Part shown: positions 1-6,442 of the stretch, piece after piece
Numbering within the stretch: position 1 is the first letter of the stretch
Layout of the letters: the number at the start of each line of letters is the position of its first letter
Origin: Oligoflexia bacterium
Lineage (GTDB): Bacteria > Bdellovibrionota > Bdellovibrionia > JABDDW01
NCBI GenBank assembly: GCA_043732305.1
Contig: JAYTHU010000176.1
Location: 1 to 10,121, forward strand
Direction: 5' to 3'
DNA: 10,121 nucleotides
The notes under the pieces: model-generated
Told to the model about the DNA's origin: nothing
What the model saw: only the letters and a program-made list of their open reading frames with translations
The model's database searches: none
Position numbers and translations under genes: made by a program

Positions 1-1
1 C

Positions 2-961
2 ATTTCTATGCTTGGACTATCAAATGCTCAAGCACAACAGTCACAACCTCATACCAATTCTTTACGAAGTAAGATCGGTTCTTTTGCCCCAGAAAACCAC
101 TGGGATGTTTTTGACACTTACAGTAATTCGAATCAAAATCCTGGGTCCAATCCGCCCCCGAATCCTAATCCAAACGCTGTGAACGAAGCCACTTTCAATA
201 AGATTGCTGACGCTGTTGTTGCCCTGTGGCAACCCCTTGCTCAGCTTCATGGAGCTACTCTCTCCGTTGAGAAGCGGTGGACCGATTCTACCGTCAATGC
301 TTATGCCACCCAGAGCGGAAACAATTGGCAAGTGCATATGTTTGGAGGTCTTGCCCGCCGCCCTGAAATCACACCGGATGGTTTTGCCTTGGTTGTTTGT
401 CATGAGCTCGGTCATCATTTTGGTGGATTCTCTTTTATCAATTCGTCCGAATGGGCATCAAACGAAGGCCAAGCAGATTATTTCGCCACTGACGTCTGTG
501 CTAAACATGTTTTTGCACAATTTTTTGATCGTCGATTTTTGACCATGACCGATGTGCCAGCAGTCGTGAAACAACGTTGCGATGCCGCTTGGAACAATGC
601 ACCCGCACAAAGCCTTTGCTATCGCAGCGCCGCTGGTGGGCTTGCGCTGGCCAACTTGTTGGCTAAACTGGGTAGTGAAACTCAGCCTCATTTTGAAACT
701 CCAGACAAAACAGTCGTCACTTCCACAGACCCAGAGCATCCTCAGGCTCAGTGTCGTTTAGATACTTATTTAGCTGGAGCCGTTTGCAATGCCGATTTTG
801 ATCCCAAAGTTATTCCTGGTCGCGGAACCAATCAGATGAGTGCGCAAGCAGAAGCTGTTGCTGGACAGTACTCATGCATGGATCACACAAAATATCAGCA
901 AGGTTTCAGACCTCTTTGTTGGTTTAAACCAATGACGAATAGTTTTCAGACTAGAAGATAA
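2..961 (+). CDS. Secreted cysteine-rich zinc metallopeptidase, M48-like gluzincin; probably 5'-truncated by the window edge
   Basis: The frame is open from base 2 (ATT TCT ATG) and ISMLGLSNAQA/QQ looks like the end of a signal peptide, so the real start is probably upstream. M48-like motifs occur in the expected order: VNAYA, MFGGL, VVCHELGHH (HExxH), NEGQADYFA (third-ligand ExxAD type) and HPQAQCR (HPxxxxR). There are 8 Cys. The stop TAA is at 959-961. Confidence 0.8.
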   Translation: MSMLGLSNAQAQQSQPHTNSLRSKIGSFAPENHWDVFDTYSNSNQNPGSNPPPNPNPNAVNEATFNKIADAVVALWQPLAQLHGATLSVEKRWTDSTVNAYATQSGNNWQVHMFGGLARRPEITPDGFALVVCHELGHHFGGFSFINSSEWASNEGQADYFATDVCAKHVFAQFFDRRFLTMTDVPAVVKQRCDAAWNNAPAQSLCYRSAAGGLALANLLAKLGSETQPHFETPDKTVVTSTDPEHPQAQCRLDTYLAGAVCNADFDPKVIPGRGTNQMSAQAEAVAGQYSCMDHTKYQQGFRPLCWFKPMTNSFQTRR

Positions 962-983
962 GAAGAGTTTAGTTGATCGTGTT

Positions 984-1017
984 AAGGCCGGCTCCGAAAG
1001 GGGCCGGCCTTTTTTTT
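984..1017 (+). terminator. Rho-independent terminator of the peptidase gene
   Basis: A 12-bp GC-rich stem, AAGGCCGGCTCC (984-995) with GGGGCCGGCCTT (1000-1011, one G-U pair), closes a GAAA tetraloop. An 8-T run spans 1010-1017. The stem starts 22 nt after the stop codon. Confidence 0.93.
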
Positions 1018-1062
1018 ATTGATGTTAAAATTTCTTCATCGCCGAAATTTCAGGGGCTCCAT

Positions 1063-1104
1063 ACTTTGCGGCTTTTCAAGCTGTGTTTCCGGAGCCGCAA
1101 AAGT
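1063..1104. repeat. Imperfect inverted repeat/hairpin between the convergent genes
   Basis: TTTGCGGCT (1065-1073) and AGCCGCAAA (1093-1101) are exact reverse complements, and the stem extends outward with a one-base bulge. Neither strand has a clean U-tract. It may be a 3' structure of the minus-strand mRNA. Confidence 0.45.
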
Positions 1105-1207
1105 TGAAACAGTGTGAATCTAAGGCTGTCTAGTAACAATCTGGAGGCCTAACAGAGCTCAGGCGCTTTTTAGTACCTGATGAGGATATTTCAAATCAGA
1201 TTGGACG

Positions 1208-3115
1208 TTAAAAATCCCAACCTACTCCGACAGACGCATAGAAAGACGTCAGATTCAGTACGAATGTGCCGACTTGAGAATAGCCAAACTGTTTGTAGCC
1301 AGCAGCACCTTCAGCGAAGAATGTAGGTTTCAAAAACATTTTTCCGTGAATGACCGCATTCATATTTGTTGCCAAAGTTATACCTGACCCAGGCAAAAAG
1401 AAATATTGAAACTCAGCATCGATGATTTTGGGGTATCTCAAAAACTTCACGTGATTCAAAAATTTATCAATGATTGACGGGAAAGGTTTAACCCAAAAAG
1501 CTCCCAAACCAGTCATGGATCCAGCCGCATTTTCATAATTCACGTTCTGATAAGGAATCAGCAAACCAAAAGTTTCGATTTGATTCCATACTCCAGGTGT
1601 CAACCGATATCTGATCTGCGCATCAAAAGAACGAAATGTCATTGGGGCGTTGTTCGCGGGATCATTTGGTGATGTCAGAGAGGTCACGTAACGCGCGGAT
1701 AATCCCCAGCGTTGTTTACTAAAAATATAATTTTCTGCACCAAAAATACTTTCAAACCAACCCGTTGCTAAAATCTCACCTAAAATTAGAGTGCCGGTAG
1801 GCGTTGTTTGGGTTGTCAAGCGAGTGCTGGCTTCGAGGGCATACCCTTTGTAAGATCGATAACTTCCGATGTAACTTTCTTTGGTGTCATAAAGAAGGCT
1901 AACGTGACTTCGATTCAACTGTCCCCGTTCGGGTTGGCTAAATTCCCAATCGAAGAGTTGTGGGGCGGTGTTGGTCGCACTGTTTTCAGTGGAGCTAACT
2001 TTTGCTTTGTAGGGAAGATATCCGTGCATTGGGACGCTGGATAGATAGGAAGATGTTGTTGTTCCGTGAGATAAATACGCTCGCATGTCTTCTGTAGGAA
2101 TTTTCTTAGAGAATTTAAAATCCTGACGAAGCTGAATGTGATTTTCCGTTGTGAAATAAATGTAGGGTCTATTTCTAGAAATTTTCGCTACCCATCCATC
2201 ATTTTGTTCAACGATATTTTCGCCTTGAGGAATTCCACCTTCCGCAGTGACGTTGATAAAATTTCCGTCATTGCTTTGGGTCATGTCTAAAACTTTAAAT
2301 GTGATAGGACGCAAATCCATTTGGAATTCTGCGCCGTCGGCAGTTCTTGCATTGTAGTACGTGATTTCGCCGTATTTTACAGGAATGGATCCCACGCCAG
2401 GAACGGGGGCGTTGTTGAATCGCACTTCGACAGGATATTTTTGAGTGGACGCGTGAACTTCAACGCCATTGGTTCCGTCTACCAATATTAAATCCTTAGA
2501 ACAGAGAGATCGGCGTAAATCTAAAACGTATTCTTCCACGCAAAATTTGAAGGGTGTGTTTTTTCCCCATCTGGAAATTTCATCTTCATACAAAACAACT
2601 TCTTCGAAATCTTCAGCAGGTTGTTTTCCAGATTTGTAAGCAGAAGAATGGTCGAATTCTTTTTCAAAAACCGTCTTCTTCTCTAAGTTTGTGCGAATTC
2701 CGATTTTTCCTGAAGCAAGAAAACCTCCGGGCCAGTAAAATTTCAGATGATACTCGGCATTTTTTCCAGACAAAAATCTATCAACTTTAACGTCCGTGAC
2801 TTCGAGAGGGAAGGGAACTCCTCCGAGGGTGAATTCTCCTTTGGCTGTCAATTTATATTCGAGAGTTGGAACAGAAACGTCTGTTCCATTTTCCGTGGGA
2901 TCAAAATAAATTGGAACGTTGTAACCTTGTTTGTCCGAAGCGCCGGTTGGTTTTTCGCCATTAGGAATTTGTCCGGGCTTGGCTGGTGCGACCACCAATG
3001 GAAGGATTGCCACTGAAGGTGCTGCAACGAGTGTTTCTTTTTTCTGGGACCATGCTGCGCTGCTGGCCAGTAAAAGCATGGCCACTGTCGGGCAAATCCA
3101 TCTGTAAGTTCTCAA
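1208..3115 (-). CDS. Uncharacterised exported protein, probably an outer-membrane protein with a C-terminal beta-barrel (635 aa)
   Basis: TTG start with SD GAGGGG (3123-3128) at 7-nt spacing. Sec signal peptide MRTYRWICPTVAMLLLASSAAWS/Q, then a Pro/Ala-rich linker and about 400 aa of beta-rich soluble sequence with one Cys pair. The last ~210 aa show alternating amphipathic strands (QRWGLSARY, FDAQIRYRL, FFAEGAAGYKQF) and end in YASVGVGWDF, a BAM-type C-terminal Phe signal. Confidence 0.75.
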   Translation of the reverse strand: MRTYRWICPTVAMLLLASSAAWSQKKETLVAAPSVAILPLVVAPAKPGQIPNGEKPTGASDKQGYNVPIYFDPTENGTDVSVPTLEYKLTAKGEFTLGGVPFPLEVTDVKVDRFLSGKNAEYHLKFYWPGGFLASGKIGIRTNLEKKTVFEKEFDHSSAYKSGKQPAEDFEEVVLYEDEISRWGKNTPFKFCVEEYVLDLRRSLCSKDLILVDGTNGVEVHASTQKYPVEVRFNNAPVPGVGSIPVKYGEITYYNARTADGAEFQMDLRPITFKVLDMTQSNDGNFINVTAEGGIPQGENIVEQNDGWVAKISRNRPYIYFTTENHIQLRQDFKFSKKIPTEDMRAYLSHGTTTSSYLSSVPMHGYLPYKAKVSSTENSATNTAPQLFDWEFSQPERGQLNRSHVSLLYDTKESYIGSYRSYKGYALEASTRLTTQTTPTGTLILGEILATGWFESIFGAENYIFSKQRWGLSARYVTSLTSPNDPANNAPMTFRSFDAQIRYRLTPGVWNQIETFGLLIPYQNVNYENAAGSMTGLGAFWVKPFPSIIDKFLNHVKFLRYPKIIDAEFQYFFLPGSGITLATNMNAVIHGKMFLKPTFFAEGAAGYKQFGYSQVGTFVLNLTSFYASVGVGWDF

Positions 3116-3166
3116 GTTGTGTCCCCTCTGATAAGTGATACGAGTTTGTCTTAATTATGAATGGTA

Positions 3167-3195
3167 ATGGTATGAAAAGAGAAGTGTTTTCTCAC
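3167..3195 (-). promoter_or_regulatory. Weak candidate sigma70 promoter for the 635-aa protein gene
   Basis: Minus strand reads GTGAGA (3190-3195), 17 bp, TACCAT (3167-3172). Each hexamer matches consensus at only 4/6, which could be chance. Confidence 0.25.
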
Positions 3196-3227
3196 GATGT
3201 GACTATTGTCCCGTCACTTTTAAGTAT

Positions 3228-3255
3228 TTGACATTTTAAGAGGCAGTTTTAAGAT
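3228..3255 (+). promoter_or_regulatory. Sigma70-type promoter for the RND operon
   Basis: Perfect -35 TTGACA (3228-3233), 16-bp spacer, and -10 TAAGAT (3250-3255) keeping the key T, A and final T. It lies about 60 nt upstream of the RND start. Confidence 0.7.
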
Positions 3256-3273
3256 AGTTAGTAGTGTTAACTA
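3255..3273. promoter_or_regulatory. Palindromic operator-like site overlapping the predicted transcription start
   Basis: TAGTTA (3255-3260), N7, TAACTA (3268-3273), starting at the last base of the -10 element. This is a typical position for a repressor site in front of an efflux operon. Confidence 0.55.
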
Positions 3274-3316
3274 ATCCATATCACTTATCACTTCGAAAAA
3301 AACAAGGTGCTACTTC

Positions 3317-6300
3317 ATGAGTTTATCAGAGATTTCAATCAATCGACCGGTCTTTGCCTGGATGCTGATGTGTGGGCTTATTGTTTTTGGTGGCATTTCT
3401 TTTCAACGTATGGGCATCAGTCAGATGCCGGACGTGAATTTTCCAGTCGTTAATATTTCGTTACAACTCGACAACGCTGCTCCTGAAGTTATGGAAATGG
3501 ATGTTGTTGATATTGTAGAAGACGCGGTCATGGGAATTGAAGGACTGAAGAACGTCAGTTCTACGGCTAGCTTAGGTGTCGCGAGCATCACCTGCGAGTT
3601 CGAACTCAGTCATAGCATTGACGTTGCAATGCAAGAAGTAGAAAATCGAATTGCCCAGGTACAAAATCATCTTCCAATAAAACTTTATCCAGCAGTGATC
3701 ACTAAAACCAATCCGGAGGACCAGCCCATCATGTGGGTGATGGTCACTGCAGATGCAAACGTTCCGCTTTATCAGCAGATGATCTACGCGCGCAACACGC
3801 TCAAAGATCAACTCTCATCCATTGCGGGTGTGGGAAATATAATGCTCGGTGGTTACGTGGATCCTAATCTGCGCGTGTGGGTGGATGAGAAAAAACTTTA
3901 TCATTACCAGCTCACGTCCAGTGATGTCATGACCGCCATTCAATCAGAACAAATCGAACAGCCGGCGGGTCGAATCGAAAGTTCTAAAAACGAAATGAAC
4001 GTCCGTGTTTTGGGTGAAACTAAGACTCCGGAAGAGTTTGCAAAAATTCGAATCAATGCGCGCGGTGGTGCTGCCAATTACAATCCTATTCCTCTGAGTA
4101 AAGTTGCGCGAATCGAAGAAGGTCTTTCTGATCTGCGAGCCATCTCGCGTTACAACGGGCTTTCCGCTGTGGGCTTGGGGATCGTGAAGCAACACGGATC
4201 CAATGCGGTTGAAGTTTCAAAACTTGTGTATAATAAAATAGAACAAATGCGGCAGAGTTTACTGCCCGGATACCACATAGATGTCCGGATGGATTCGACT
4301 AAATTCATCAAAGATTCAGTAAACGAATTAAATTTCACGCTTTTATTAGCGGCTCTCCTCACTTCTATTGTCTGCTACGCTTTTTTAGGCTCGATTTCAT
4401 CTACAATTAACGTGTTATTGGCCATTCCAACATCAATTGTGGGTGCTTTTATTGTCCTTTATTTCTTCGGATTCACGTTAAATACATTTACTTTGCTCGG
4501 TTTAAGCCTCGCCATCGGCATTGTGGTCGACGACGCCATTATGATGCTTGAGAATATTGTGCGTCATCACGAGATGGGGAAAAATCGCAGACAAGCTTCC
4601 ATAGATGGTTCAAAAGAAATCACGTTCGCAGCTCTTGCCGCGACACTGGCGATTGCAGCTATCTTTGTGCCAGTCATATTTATGAAGGGTGTCATCGGAA
4701 GATTTTTCTATCAGTATGGAATCACCGTGACCGTTGCGGTTTTTCTCTCGTTGCTCGAAGCTTTGACTTTGACTCCCATGCGCACCGCAAGATTTTTAAG
4801 TTCAGTCAGGGAAGAGAGTGCGGGCTGGGTTTTAAAAACCATGAATCATTTCATGAGTGCATTAGAGAAAAAATATAAATTGGCATTGGCTTGGAGCATT
4901 CGTTTCAGATGGGGAGTTATATTTGTTTCTGTTTTATTCTTTACCGCTTCTATATTTTTACTTTTCCAATTGCGACAAGAATTAATACCCGCGCAGGATC
5001 AGGGGCTATTTTATCTCAACGTCAAAAATCCTGTGGGCAGTTCCATTTGGGCCTCGGATGAGATTTTCAAGAAGGTCGAAGTCTATTTAAAAGCCGTTCC
5101 TGAAGTTCAAGATTATTATACGACCATTGGAAATTATCAAAACAACGACATTGTGAATGCCGGAATGATTTACGTTATTTTAAAAGACGCTAAGCTTCGA
5201 AAGCTCACGCAGAAACAGGTGATGGCTAACGTCAGAAACGAATTGCAGAAACTTTTGCCAGCATCTCAAATTTTCGCTCAAGATCCGTCACTCGCAGGAT
5301 TCAGTGCCACTCGGGGTTACCCCATCGAATTTATGATTGAAGGTCCTGATTGGTCGAAGCTCTCTGGTTACTCACGCCAAATCATGGCTATATTGAAGGA
5401 ATCTCATTTGTTAGAGGATCTCAACACTGACTATCAAGATGGCATGCCGGAAATTCATGTTGTGCCGGATCGTGATATAGCGGCTGAGCTTGGCGCCACT
5501 GTAAATTCCATGGGACTCGAAGTGAGTCAATTGGTTGGTGGTACTTTATTTACCGCAGACACGCAGTATCCAAAAGGTGGCCACAGATATTATATTCGCA
5601 TGCGTTCTGAAGATGATCAGCATCAGCAGCCTTCGGATATAGATCGAATCTTGCTCCGAAATAATCGTGGCGGTGAACTTATTTCTCTTTCTCACACATC
5701 TAAATCTATTTTGACTTCGGCACCGCAACTTATTTCTCGATTGAATCGCCAGCGTGCCATCCCCGTTTACGCGAACGTGGCAGAAGGTGTGTCCCAAGAA
5801 GTGGCGTTGGATGCCGTTGAAAAAGTGGGGAAAAAAGTTTTGCCTGCTGGGTATAGAATTCTTCTGACGGGGAGTGCGTCTGCGTTTCATGATGCAGTAG
5901 AAAGTCTGTTCTTTGCTTTGCTCCTCGGAGTTGTAGTGGCGTACATGGTTCTTGCTTCCCAGTTCAATAGTTTTGTTCATCCCGTCACGGTGCTCATGGC
6001 TTTGCCATTCAGTCTTTCCGGCGCGTTGATTGCTCTTTATTTCACGCATCAGTCTTTAAATTTATTCAGTATGATTGGTTTAATTCTGCTGATGGGAATT
6101 GTGAAAAAGAATTCCATCTTGCTCGTGGATTTTACCAATCAGCGGCGCGCCGAAGGTTCACAAGCGGTGCCGGCACTTTTGGAAGCTTGTCCTGTGCGAC
6201 TTCGTCCAATTCTTATGACATCAGTGGCCACTGTTGCTGGTGCAATCCCCGCGGCGCTTGCTCTTGGGCCCGGTGCCGAAACTCGAATCCCCATGGCCAT

Positions 6301-6442
6301 TTCTATTATTGGTGGCGTGTGTGTTTCTACGCTGCTCACACTTTTTGCTGTTCCATGCATTTACGTGGTGTTTACAAAGTTCGAACGGCCCGAAATTTTA
6401 GAGGATGAAAATGAAGTAAAAGAGTTTGAGGTCAAAGCGTAA
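3317..6442 (+). CDS. RND efflux transporter permease subunit, AcrB/AcrD/AcrF (HAE1) family, copy 1 (1041 aa)
   Basis: SD AAGGTG (3304-3309). N-terminal SINRPVFA...PDVNFP signature. Proton-relay motifs GIVVDDAIMMLENI (TM4 Asp-Asp), GIVKKNSILLVDF (TM10 Lys) and RLRPILMTS (TM11 Arg/Thr). LTLTP motif, two large periplasmic loops and typical length. Confidence 0.97.
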   Translation: MSLSEISINRPVFAWMLMCGLIVFGGISFQRMGISQMPDVNFPVVNISLQLDNAAPEVMEMDVVDIVEDAVMGIEGLKNVSSTASLGVASITCEFELSHSIDVAMQEVENRIAQVQNHLPIKLYPAVITKTNPEDQPIMWVMVTADANVPLYQQMIYARNTLKDQLSSIAGVGNIMLGGYVDPNLRVWVDEKKLYHYQLTSSDVMTAIQSEQIEQPAGRIESSKNEMNVRVLGETKTPEEFAKIRINARGGAANYNPIPLSKVARIEEGLSDLRAISRYNGLSAVGLGIVKQHGSNAVEVSKLVYNKIEQMRQSLLPGYHIDVRMDSTKFIKDSVNELNFTLLLAALLTSIVCYAFLGSISSTINVLLAIPTSIVGAFIVLYFFGFTLNTFTLLGLSLAIGIVVDDAIMMLENIVRHHEMGKNRRQASIDGSKEITFAALAATLAIAAIFVPVIFMKGVIGRFFYQYGITVTVAVFLSLLEALTLTPMRTARFLSSVREESAGWVLKTMNHFMSALEKKYKLALAWSIRFRWGVIFVSVLFFTASIFLLFQLRQELIPAQDQGLFYLNVKNPVGSSIWASDEIFKKVEVYLKAVPEVQDYYTTIGNYQNNDIVNAGMIYVILKDAKLRKLTQKQVMANVRNELQKLLPASQIFAQDPSLAGFSATRGYPIEFMIEGPDWSKLSGYSRQIMAILKESHLLEDLNTDYQDGMPEIHVVPDRDIAAELGATVNSMGLEVSQLVGGTLFTADTQYPKGGHRYYIRMRSEDDQHQQPSDIDRILLRNNRGGELISLSHTSKSILTSAPQLISRLNRQRAIPVYANVAEGVSQEVALDAVEKVGKKVLPAGYRILLTGSASAFHDAVESLFFALLLGVVVAYMVLASQFNSFVHPVTVLMALPFSLSGALIALYFTHQSLNLFSMIGLILLMGIVKKNSILLVDFTNQRRAEGSQAVPALLEACPVRLRPILMTSVATVAGAIPAALALGPGAETRIPMAISIIGGVCVSTLLTLFAVPCIYVVFTKFERPEILEDENEVKEFEVKA

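Larger units (their letters stand above)
3129..3290. repeat. Perfect 12-bp inverted repeat pair bracketing the divergent promoter region
   Basis: TGATAAGTGATA (3129-3140) is the exact reverse complement of TATCACTTATCA (3279-3290), with 138 bp between them. Confidence 0.9.

Noticed and set aside
62..739. Alternative-frame and antisense ORFs within the peptidase gene (62-418, 204-542, 458-739)
   Set aside because: They lie entirely inside a motif-supported CDS and have no protein-like features, so they are shadow ORFs.
1022..1117. 31-codon ORF (MLKFLHRRNFRG...) after the terminator
   Set aside because: No Shine-Dalgarno site, it starts directly behind a strong terminator, and it has no recognisable motif.
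1101..1190. Hammerhead ribozyme-like core: GAAACAG (1106-1112), CTGTC (1126-1130) and CTGATGA (1177-1183) in permuted order
   Set aside because: Stem III can form, but stem I (TAGTAAC vs TAGTAC) is a direct rather than inverted match, and stem II lacks Watson-Crick pairing next to the core. It is most likely coincidence, and an Rfam scan would settle it.
1808..3016. Plus-strand ORFs 1808-2044, 2554-2790 and 2747-3016
   Set aside because: Short antisense shadows of the 635-aa gene with no independent support.
3129..3140. Fur box interpretation of TGATAAGTGATA
   Set aside because: The GATA units repeat at 7 bp rather than the 6-bp GATAAT array, and there is no 19-bp palindromic Fur box.
3198..3218. 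CRP/FNR-like site (TGTGA...TCACT)
   Set aside because: The half-sites are 11 bp apart rather than the required 6, so it is kept only as a generic palindrome.
3129..3290. MITE/IS remnant interpretation of the 12-bp inverted repeat
   Set aside because: No flanking target-site duplication or transposase remnant is evident, and the interior holds the promoter. It cannot be fully excluded without a genome-wide copy search.
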